In this document: positions 46,860 to 54,584 of the stretch, piece by piece | Layout of the letters: every line of letters starts with the position of its first letter | Numbering within the stretch: position 1 is the first letter of the stretch | Source: a virus | Length of the DNA: 64,000 bases | Virus record (IMG/VR): IMGVR_UViG_3300015199_000002 | Coordinates: 18,985-82,984 of that record | Direction: 5' to 3' (one strand) | Notes under the pieces: generated by a model | What the model was told of the DNA's origin: nothing | Databases searched by the model: none | The model's input: the letters and a program-made list of their open reading frames with translations, nothing else | Translations under genes and position numbers: made by a program

Positions 46860-47540
46860 CTACTCCAGAACAGTGGCAACGCCGTGCAAGTAGTGGCGAT
46901 CTAAGAGAGCTTTGACGTCCCACTCCATTTCGTTTCTGGAGTATATGTCGTATTCTTTCAAAGTCATGCCTAGGGATTTTGCATTCACCAGCCTAAACGG
47001 AAGGTTAACTCTATCTAGTTCATCCGCCGCTTCTCTCAGATTAGATGGATTACATTTTATCTTTTGACAGTCTAATTGCTCAAAAAAAACATCGTGAAAC
47101 ATTAAGGCAGACCCGGGAGTCGCTAGGCGCACGTCGCAGTGGGACAGGATATTGAATGCCATTGAGTCCGCGCGTCCTCGCACTACGCAGATCTCCCTGA
47201 CGCCCATGCTTTTTTCTATCTCCATGGCCTGAACTATCTTTTCTCCTATTTCAACGACTCCTCCGGGAGAGTCAATTATTATTACTCGGTCACCGGGGAT
47301 TTTCATGGTCATTAGCATCTCTTTAAGAAAACTCATGGCGGCCGGCGGATATATGGGACCTATCAATGCGGCTGTCTTGGCTGTCTTAATGTTTACGTGC
47401 GCCTGCTGGCTGACAAGATGAATCGGTCCGGAACGCCCGGAAGGAGCCTGTATGCCGTAAGCGGGAGGAGTAGCAGAATAGGCTAAGCAGTTGAAAGATA
47501 AAGAGAGAAGGGACAAAAAGGCGATTAAGGACTTCATCAT
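46860..47540 (-). CDS. ClpP-like serine protease with N-terminal signal peptide
   Basis: IIIDSPGG, ADSMA (catalytic Ser), LMFH (His); hydrophobic leader MKSLIAFLSLLSLSFNCLA. Confidence 0.75.
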   Translation of the reverse strand: MMKSLIAFLSLLSLSFNCLAYSATPPAYGIQAPSGRSGPIHLVSQQAHVNIKTAKTAALIGPIYPPAAMSFLKEMLMTMKIPGDRVIIIDSPGGVVEIGEKIVQAMEIEKSMGVREICVVRGRADSMAFNILSHCDVRLATPGSALMFHDVFFEQLDCQKIKCNPSNLREAADELDRVNLPFRLVNAKSLGMTLKEYDIYSRNEMEWDVKALLDRHYLHGVATVLE

Positions 47541-47578
47541 ATTAAGGGACAATATTAGTGCATATCAATAAGAACATG

Positions 47579-48163
47579 TTACCGGGGCTTTAATGCGGTC
47601 CTCCTGTCTGAATAGATCTCAAGTAAGGTCTTGTCTATGACCCTATCTGGGGATATGCCAAGATCCTTAGCCCAAGCCATTACGGCTCGTTTTGATGCTT
47701 CTGGGTTCTCGCCCTTCTTGGCCTCGATCTCTATGAACCACTGGTCCTCGGACCCCCGGTGCTCTACGCGGTATATGGCTACGCAGACCTGTTCTACCGC
47801 GGAGTCTTGGAACCAGAATACTACACAGTGCTTTCTTATCCTGAACAGCTTTTCGAACCCGGCCGCCTTTACGAACGACAGTACCTCTTTTGGGGCGATA
47901 CCTGAGGTCAGCTTTATCTCTAGTTCATCTCTCACAAAGGAGGACCTGTTAGATAGCCTCTCCTTTATTGTGAGCTCGTCTAAGTCCTTGTTATGTCTCC
48001 ACCTAAGAACCGTATCTTGCCGCGTGAAGTATGTGTCGGGCCCTGAGACCTCGAGCACTCTTGAGGGGGCCAGACTGTTGCATAATGCAACAAAGGGCTC
48101 CCAGTCGGCTTTAGTAGCCGTAAACTTACGCTCGATCTCTAGGGATTTACGGGATCTCTTCAT
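47579..48163 (-). CDS. CYTH-domain triphosphate tunnel metalloenzyme (class IV adenylate cyclase superfamily)
   Basis: EIERKF (ExExK), DTYF, LRWR, LTIK, R.E.E, IRK and FIEIE motifs. Confidence 0.82.
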   Translation of the reverse strand: MKRSRKSLEIERKFTATKADWEPFVALCNSLAPSRVLEVSGPDTYFTRQDTVLRWRHNKDLDELTIKERLSNRSSFVRDELEIKLTSGIAPKEVLSFVKAAGFEKLFRIRKHCVVFWFQDSAVEQVCVAIYRVEHRGSEDQWFIEIEAKKGENPEASKRAVMAWAKDLGISPDRVIDKTLLEIYSDRRTALKPR

Positions 48164-48468
48164 TAGAGGAAATTGTCCAGGAGCAAAGACACGATTGCAC
48201 TCTCCAACTTGTATACTGTCTTATGCTTAAGCTTCACGGGGAATTCCGCCTCAATAACGTGTAAAAGTTCGTGTACGATAGTGGCTAGGAATTGCCTGTG
48301 CGATAATCCTTTTTTGATGGTGATTGTTTTCTTAGACCAGTCCGTTTCTCCGTAGCACTTGAAGTTCTTTTTATACACTATTTTGTATACCTCGGATCCG
48401 AAGTAGATCTTAGTAGGAAATTCCTTAGGAGACGGGATGCTTATTGTCTTCATTTGATCCTGCTCCAT
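48163..48468 (-). CDS. Small HExxH metallopeptidase-like protein
   Basis: YGET....KTITI...TIVHELLH. Confidence 0.65.
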   Translation of the reverse strand: MEQDQMKTISIPSPKEFPTKIYFGSEVYKIVYKKNFKCYGETDWSKKTITIKKGLSHRQFLATIVHELLHVIEAEFPVKLKHKTVYKLESAIVSLLLDNFL

Positions 48469-48668
48469 AATGGGTAATCGGACGACCTGACCTCTACTGA
48501 GGAGGCTTTGGCGTCAATTACGAAGTCGCCTCCCTGCCAATGACGGTTGACGTAGATGATCTTCATCTTGGTGCGCTTAGCGTCGACGTAGTTTACTGAT
48601 AAAATCTCTATGTCGATGTCTAGGCAGTTCTTGTGTCGGTACCTGGCGCCTCGGGTGAAGTGTCTCAT
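48450..48668 (-). CDS. Hypothetical protein
   Basis: Probable start MRHF, with ATGA overlap to the upstream gene. Confidence 0.5.
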   Translation of the reverse strand: MRHFTRGARYRHKNCLDIDIEILSVNYVDAKRTKMKIIYVNRHWQGGDFVIDAKASSVEVRSSDYPLWSRIK

Positions 48669-49066
48669 CTGCCGTCCACCCATGCTTTCATGACCCGTTT
48701 AATGTATCGCTCGTTGGTTGGTCTGTTACTGTGTGGTCGAAGTTTGAAGGTACCTGAATTATAGGCGCCGATTGCCTTAACGGGATCGCCTTGGTAACGC
48801 CTGAGTTGGTACCTGAGGTACCTGGCTGCGAACACTATATTGAGTTCGGGATTCATAAGACCCTCCTGGGAGCCTCCGTAGCCCATTAGGCGAGCCGTGG
48901 ACAGCTTTACTTGGCAGACCCCTAGGCTAGGCACGTTATGCTTGTCTAGGACGATTGTGTGCGTCTGGTGGGTACTCTCTACCCAGCATACGGCAGAGAG
49001 TAGTCCTGCAGGGAGACTTAAGGATTGAGAGACAGATAAGAATAGGGCTGCGAGGGCTGTATTCAT
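48665..49066 (-). CDS. Lytic transglycosylase (SLT family)
   Basis: WVES (catalytic Glu), GVCQVK..TA, NI..AARYL and AYNSG motifs. Confidence 0.88.
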   Translation of the reverse strand: MNTALAALFLSVSQSLSLPAGLLSAVCWVESTHQTHTIVLDKHNVPSLGVCQVKLSTARLMGYGGSQEGLMNPELNIVFAARYLRYQLRRYQGDPVKAIGAYNSGTFKLRPHSNRPTNERYIKRVMKAWVDGR

Positions 49067-49195
49067 CTGCTTTGACAGTATCAGAGGAAGTTAGGGATGT
49101 CAATAGCTGATTTTATTGAGAAAGAAGCGGGGCGATGTTGTTTCACCGCTTAGTCGACCTATGGTGCATAGCCGCACCCCCGCTTTAACTTATTC

Positions 49196-49861
49196 TTAGT
49201 CGTTCTCTGGCCAGTTTTCCTGACAGCTCCACTGCGCCTTTACTTCCCACTTTTCTGTAGTCGGGTTCTGGTATTCAACAACCCAGTCGCCTGGAGTATC
49301 TTTGTCGTACTTTAAGGTCACTCTAACTGGGAATGCGGCTAGTGGGCCGTACATCTTGTCGATCTCTATTACTTGGTTTGCGGAGCATTTGATTATGACA
49401 TCAGATTGAACGTTGATTGCCCATCTGCCGAAGTCTCCCTCTATCCAAGGCTTCTCGTCTTGCTTACCTTCTTCGTCATAGCTCATTTATTCTTTCCTCG
49501 GGGACTTGTCGCAAACACATCCAGGTGCACAAGGTCCCGTGTGGCCGAAACCATGTGTGATAGGAGTTCCTGTGTACGGACCTACTGTGAAGGTCGGCAC
49601 TGCTGTGGGTTGCGAAACTAGTTTTTGCAGCAGACTGGTAATCTCCCCATGTTGCTTTTTAAGCTGCTCCCGCATTTCTGTAATTTGAATTACGATAGAA
49701 GAAAGAGAGACGCTAGGCATCTGTTGTTGCATCTGACTTTGACCCTGTTGAACGTAGTTACCCTGGTACAGATACTGGCTGCCGGGGCAGTTATGATTAT
49801 TGTAGGATTGAACGTCGTGCCATACTTTACCGCATGCCTGGCAAAAGTACGATTGCTCCAT
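49196..49861 (-). CDS. Two hypothetical proteins (49196-49486; 49487-49861 with zinc finger and Gln-rich coiled coil)
   Basis: Abutting ORFs with RBS motifs. Confidence 0.55.
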
Positions 49862-49862
49862 G

Positions 49863-50627
49863 TTAAAACTTCCCTTTTTTATCCAGCGTTATTAGACGGC
49901 CTTCGATCAGGCAAGTATTCTTGACAATGGGTACAGGAGTCACGTATACAACCCCAGATTTAGGCTCTAGGTAACCGATTCCGAACGCCAGAGACCAGTC
50001 CTTGATCGCCTTAACCCGATGCATATAGTCTACTTCGTTAACATCCCCCAGCCACCCAAGCATCGCGGTGACGTGGCGCTCGCCGTTGGCGTTCCCTTCA
50101 ACTGCGTACCCGAGACGGTGCGTATGGCCGATAACTACATTGTGCTGGAAGGCGTCGAGGGACTTGTAGTGGGCGTACCGGCCGGCGGTTCCGGTGTCGT
50201 GGGTGATGTGGAGCTTACCAATCTTATACGACTGCTTGTACGGCGTGTACGAGAATCCCTTAGACTTAAGCTCAAGGATGTGCGGGATTGAGATGTAGTT
50301 ATAGAGTTCTGGTGCTCTATCTCGAAGGTACCGCTCAAGGCGGTCCTCGTGGTTACCGGCTACGAATACATTATTCTTGGCGCCAAGTGCTTTCACCTGG
50401 TCTAGTGCCGCTTTCGTAGCCTCGACTTCTTCTTTTAGCTTTAGGGCACGATTAGGGTCTTTGGAGTGGGAGCTGACGCCGTAGAAGTCTGCGAAGTCGC
50501 CCAGGATGATTGCGTGGTCAGGCTTGAATTGCTTTCCGGCCTGTAGCATTAGGCTGAATGCGTCCTTGTCCTGGTAGGGCACGTGGCAGTCTGGGATGAA
50601 CAAGATCTTTTCTAGTTTATTTTTCAT
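49863..50627 (-). CDS. Metallophosphoesterase
   Basis: PDCH, LGD..D, GNHE.R and GHTHR motifs; start probably MKNKLEK. Confidence 0.88.
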   Translation of the reverse strand: MKNKLEKILFIPDCHVPYQDKDAFSLMLQAGKQFKPDHAIILGDFADFYGVSSHSKDPNRALKLKEEVEATKAALDQVKALGAKNNVFVAGNHEDRLERYLRDRAPELYNYISIPHILELKSKGFSYTPYKQSYKIGKLHITHDTGTAGRYAHYKSLDAFQHNVVIGHTHRLGYAVEGNANGERHVTAMLGWLGDVNEVDYMHRVKAIKDWSLAFGIGYLEPKSGVVYVTPVPIVKNTCLIEGRLITLDKKGKF

Positions 50628-51306
50628 TTTTACTCCGCACATCGACTAGGTTGTGTATTGCTTCTTTTTGTCCGGGACGGTGTTTTTTCGAGAGTTTATT
50701 TTTTCCCGGAACCTGCATTATCTTACCCACAAGTTGGTAAATCGCCTTCTTACTGTTAAGTTGTCTCTTTATATGTGCGAATTCTCTATTTTGTTTCCAA
50801 GTAACGAATTGTATGTTGTGTAGCTCATAGCCGCCGGTAAAGCCGGTTTTGGGGTTCGGTTCTGTGATCATACGATCGGGAGAAGGTTTCAGATCTTTTT
50901 CGTATCCGGAAAGCATCCATGTCTTCCATAAACAGTAGATGTTGGAGTCAGACAAAGCTTTTTCCATAAAATCTTTCTTTTTAGGGCAAAATCTTCCTAG
51001 GTATAATTTCTTGGTTGATTCGCTTTGTTGTTTATTGCTAGTTCGATAAAGCATTTTATGCCACATCTGACTTAGCATGCCTAAAAATGTATGTCTATGT
51101 CTAGTGCTTATTTCCCGCATGAGTTTTTTATTCTTTTCTCGGAATTCCGGATCCTTCATGCGAGTGTAATGAGCGCGAAGGAACATCTTATTTATTCGAT
51201 TCCTTATTTTCGGGTTTTTATTATGCTCCTCCCTGTAATGAAGCTGACAAAATCCCTTAGCGTGATATTTTCTTAGGCATTTATTACGTGTACAGGATTT
51301 ATTCAT
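50617..51306 (-). CDS. HNH-like endonuclease
   Basis: N-terminal C....C...AKGFC..HY; C-terminal PSPDR...GYELHNIQFVT..QN; AT-rich, with its own promoter. Confidence 0.6.
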   Translation of the reverse strand: MNKSCTRNKCLRKYHAKGFCQLHYREEHNKNPKIRNRINKMFLRAHYTRMKDPEFREKNKKLMREISTRHRHTFLGMLSQMWHKMLYRTSNKQQSESTKKLYLGRFCPKKKDFMEKALSDSNIYCLWKTWMLSGYEKDLKPSPDRMITEPNPKTGFTGGYELHNIQFVTWKQNREFAHIKRQLNSKKAIYQLVGKIMQVPGKNKLSKKHRPGQKEAIHNLVDVRSKNEK

Positions 51307-51449
51307 ATGTTCCATAGTAGCACCTGTAGTATAAAAGACAAGATTAAAATCAAAGACCCGAAAATAAAATACCGGGGTTCGCCGACTTTGTAATAGGCTG
51401 CGAAGTTAGTCGCAGAAACTACTATTCCAAAAATAACATGTGGTGACAT

Positions 51450-51659
51450 TTATCTAACTTTCTTAGGTTTAGGAGAAACTCGCTCCACGTGAATGGGGCA
51501 TGCCGCGAGATCTTGTTCGTCCTGGGGAATTCGACATTGATTGATTGGGCCTTGCCACAAATACCCGCTACGAAGTAATACCGTAACAGACTCCCCGGAT
51601 CTAGCTACGAGGGTCCCAGCCTGTCCACTTGAGACGATAACAACGCTACCTTCAACCAT
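51450..51659 (-). CDS. Hypothetical small beta protein
   Basis: 69 aa with GAGG RBS. Confidence 0.55.
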   Translation of the reverse strand: MVEGSVVIVSSGQAGTLVARSGESVTVLLRSGYLWQGPINQCRIPQDEQDLAACPIHVERVSPKPKKVR

Positions 51660-51660
51660 A

Positions 51661-52062
51661 TCAGAACCTCAGTATTATGAAAGTTACCCCGCCTATAGCC
51701 GCTCCCGCTCCCCACGTCTTAATGTCAGTCTTTGAGGTGTAGGAGTCTATCAGTGATTCTTTCAGGGCGCCTATTAGGGCTAACGTCATTGCAGAATAGA
51801 TGGCCGCTGCGGTCCTGCTGACCCCTAGGTCGTGTTCTAGTATACCGGATAGCAGCAGAGTTCCTCCGAAGGCGACTAGTAGGTGTACCTCTGAGTCGCT
51901 GTCCGTCCACTGGAATCTATCAGCTTGTCGGTATGACCACAGCTGGTCGGCGTTAGTTATGTTGTCGCCGCCGAACTGGAAATTGGTGCTGGGGAGAGTC
52001 GGGGCTGACCATAACAGGGATAGTGCGGTGGCGGCGATGATGATTTTCCTAAAGAGTTCCGT
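51661..52062 (-). CDS. Exported membrane protein (YfiM/DUF2279-like) with an ACG in the start position; absent from the ORF track
   Basis: Stop-free frame of 133 codons: (M)ELFRKIIIAATALSLLWSAP...HLLVAFGG...IGALKESLIDSYTSKTDIKTWGAGAAIGGVTFIILRF. AGGAG lies 6 nt before ACG. Confidence 0.6.
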   Translation of the reverse strand, partial: TELFRKIIIAATALSLLWSAPTLPSTNFQFGGDNITNADQLWSYRQADRFQWTDSDSEVHLLVAFGGTLLLSGILEHDLGVSRTAAAIYSAMTLALIGALKESLIDSYTSKTDIKTWGAGAAIGGVTFIILRF

Positions 52063-52071
52063 ACTATTCTC

Positions 52072-53049
52072 CTACAATCCCATTAGCCTTTTGAAGGCTT
52101 CTTTGGCTTGATTTGGAACCACTGCGTTCCCACAGCATTTAATTCGGTGTGCCCTATTGGAAAACCCATCATCGCCTCTACGAATCGTGGGGAGAGGTAG
52201 CCAGGATGGCCACGGCTGCTGACCTGCAAATCCAAGCTCGGCGAGTGTTTTCCATGCGGCTTCGGGGTATCCTGTCCCTTCCAATCTCTCGCTGTTGGTG
52301 TCGGCCAAGCCGACACTGGGTACCGCGGGTGGTTTCCCGATACTGCGTCGTTCAGATTCGCCATCCCGTGACCTTGATTTATCTTCTGTTGAATGTATTC
52401 TTTTGAGTGTGGGGGAAAGTAATCCCGTGCCGTAGGTGTTGGCCACAAGTTCTGTCTCGCCATTGTTTCCAAGGAAGGGCACGCCCTTCCCTTTCGTCCC
52501 GCTGCTCCGCCCTTGTTCGTTCCGTACGTTGACGCTGTCGGCGTGGGCAGCAAGGAGGAACCATCGATTTCTTTTGTGGGGGGCACCAACTTCGCTAGCG
52601 GATACAGTATCCCATCTACAGTCATACCCGCGGCTGGCCAGTTCTTTGACCACTCGTTCTCCTCCGCGGGTCCTAATGGCCGGGACATTTTCCAGGAAGA
52701 CGAACTTCGGGCCGGTTTCGTCGATGAGCCGGAATATCTCGAATACCAAGCCGCTTCGCTCTCCTTCCAAGCCTTTGCCATTGCCGGCAACGCTGATGTC
52801 TTGGCAGGGGAAGCCTCCGGAAATAATTTCAATCCTTGGGAGCATCCCTCCTTTGAGAGTCCGCACGTCATCCCATATTGGTCGAGCGGGAATCCTGCCG
52901 ATTGACATGTTTGACAAAAGTACAGCTTGAGCGAATCGGTCGTTTTCGCAGTATGCGACGGTGTTGACCCATTCGCTGAGCGCGATACTGTTTCCTCCGA
53001 TTCCGGAGAAGAGATCGAGGGAGTTAAGTCTTTCTTTAGGTAAATCCAC
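52072..53049 (-). CDS. DNA (cytosine-5) methyltransferase, alpha-type chain (motifs I-VIII and X)
   Basis: LDLFSGIGG (I), GGFPCQ (IV), ENV (VI), PHKRNRWF (VIII), GNAVVP (X); no recognisable motif IX. Confidence 0.92.
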   Translation of the reverse strand: MDLPKERLNSLDLFSGIGGNSIALSEWVNTVAYCENDRFAQAVLLSNMSIGRIPARPIWDDVRTLKGGMLPRIEIISGGFPCQDISVAGNGKGLEGERSGLVFEIFRLIDETGPKFVFLENVPAIRTRGGERVVKELASRGYDCRWDTVSASEVGAPHKRNRWFLLAAHADSVNVRNEQGRSSGTKGKGVPFLGNNGETELVANTYGTGLLSPTLKRIHSTEDKSRSRDGESERRSIGKPPAVPSVGLADTNSERLEGTGYPEAAWKTLAELGFAGQQPWPSWLPLPTIRRGDDGFSNRAHRIKCCGNAVVPNQAKEAFKRLMGL

Positions 53050-53066
53050 ACTTTATTCTCCTGCAA
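52083..53066 (-). CDS. Overlapping alternative-frame ORF: probable beta chain of the methyltransferase (TRD-like repeats plus motif IX)
   Basis: 327 stop-free codons on the same strand; three PTPTA(S/R) repeats; C-terminal LSPRFVEAMMGFP resembles motif IX. True start uncertain. Confidence 0.72.
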   Translation of the reverse strand: MQENKVWIYLKKDLTPSISSPESEETVSRSANGSTPSHTAKTTDSLKLYFCQTCQSAGFPLDQYGMTCGLSKEGCSQGLKLFPEASPAKTSALPAMAKAWKESEAAWYSRYSGSSTKPARSSSSWKMSRPLGPAEENEWSKNWPAAGMTVDGILYPLAKLVPPTKEIDGSSLLPTPTASTYGTNKGGAAGRKGRACPSLETMARQNLWPTPTARDYFPPHSKEYIQQKINQGHGMANLNDAVSGNHPRYPVSAWPTPTARDWKGQDTPKPHGKHSPSLDLQVSSRGHPGYLSPRFVEAMMGFPIGHTELNAVGTQWFQIKPKKPSKG

Positions 53067-54139
53067 GAAGCTCTATAAAATACTTATTAGCTTCGCAGTC
53101 TGGAGAGTGCACGATTTTCTCCTCGTCATGATCTCCTAGTTCGGAGTGCGTAGTAACCACCTCCGTTTTATTGCACGTGCACAGCAGCCCTCTCCGAATT
53201 AGCTTCTCCAGCATTTGCATCTTTGCTGCGGCGGACATGGGAGGCTTTTCGTTGTATGGAGGTTTCACGCGTACCACTTTCTTAGTAAAGCGAACTCTTC
53301 GCCTATTTGAGGATCACCAATGAATTCTAACAAAGCCTGGTCGGCCATAACGTGAGTGACTTCAGTGTCGCCGGTCTCGTTCTGTTCGCAGTGTCTTAAG
53401 GCCCGAAGCTTAGCTATGAGCTCATCTTTGGTGCCTGTGGGCATGTCTCTTAGTTTCTTATTGTGCGCCTGCTCTTCTTCGTATGTCATGCCGACCTCAG
53501 TTGCCGCTCCACAGCAGCGCAGAAATGAATAGGCCTAAGTAGAAGCTCTTATCCAAGAGCGGGGCCCGCAGTAGGTACAGGGGTCACTGTGGGCGCCTGG
53601 GCCTCTGCTGCCGCCGCGAAGATAGTATTCTCGGGATTAGCGATAGCATGTGCCTTAGCTGCAGCGGCCTGCTCAGCTTCTTCCTTTGCCTGTTTGTCTG
53701 CGGCTTCTTGGGCGGCTTTGGCTTCTGCTTCAAGCTTAGCGGTAATGACTGCTTTCTCGGCTGCGATGTCGTTCTCAAGGCCGGTCATGTCGGTGATGCC
53801 GAGTCGCTTTGCGAGGACTGTCTGCCATGCCAAGAGGGTTGTGTTCGTGTTAAAAAGTTCTTTGCTAATCTGAAAGGAGACGTCTCGCATCAACATTGAC
53901 CGGAAGGTCTGAGTTTGGCCGTCAATCTTCTTGAGTTCGGCGTCCACGTTTTTGGATACTTCGTCTAATCTGCCAGCGGCAAACTGCATGAGATCTTTTG
54001 CCATCGCCGACACAGCTTCCGCTTGTAGAGCGGACCCGTATTCCTGTCTGGCAATATTAACTATCTGCTTGCGGGCCAATTTCAAATTCGCCTGATGTCC
54101 CATCGTATCTGCTCCTTTTGTTATTATTCTGACTGGCAT
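53053..54139 (-). CDS. Three hypothetical proteins (53053-53277, 53265-53489, 53549-54139 coiled coil)
   Basis: Consecutive ORFs with RBS motifs; no known catalytic motifs. Confidence 0.55.
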
Positions 54140-54182
54140 AATCTATTTATAGGCTAACTCGACACCGGCGATAATGCAAGAA

Positions 54183-54584
54183 CTATTTTTTAGCCTTCTT
54201 CTTATATTCGCGGCGGAGTTTGTTCTCCCCTTTAGTCTTTTCAGAGTGACAGAAATCATCAAGTCCCTGAAGACCCTCGCGTTCGCACCAGAGGCGATCG
54301 ACAGCTTCGTCTAGGCTCATGTCTGCGAAAGTCTCTTCTATTTTCACGATTGGTAGAATATGGTCTACACTCATCAGGTACCGTGGGGAGACGACCCCAC
54401 AGAGGGCGCAATAGCACCATCGTTTAACCCTGGGTCTGTTCGGATCTACGTGTTCGACTTCTTGGGAGTCTAGTACGGATCTCCTAAGCTCGGACCTGGA
54501 GAAAACTCGTCGTAGGGCTCCCTTCAAAAGGCCCTTCTCTTTTGGTGTAAGTCTTGGATTAGGAGGTCTCTGATCGTTCGCCAC
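54183..54584 (-). CDS. HNH endonuclease
   Basis: CALC...VDHILP...LQGLDDFCHSEKT..E. Confidence 0.75.
   Translation of the reverse strand: MANDQRPPNPRLTPKEKGLLKGALRRVFSRSELRRSVLDSQEVEHVDPNRPRVKRWCYCALCGVVSPRYLMSVDHILPIVKIEETFADMSLDEAVDRLWCEREGLQGLDDFCHSEKTKGENKLRREYKKKAKK

Noticed and set aside
49126-49186. tRNA gene
   Set aside because: Too short, with no T-loop consensus, proper anticodon arm or CCA; no tRNA was recognised elsewhere by eye.
52060-52074. Genome-wide amber (TAG) recoding
   Set aside because: Long genes are uninterrupted under code 11, and TAG ends many genes exactly at the next gene's start.
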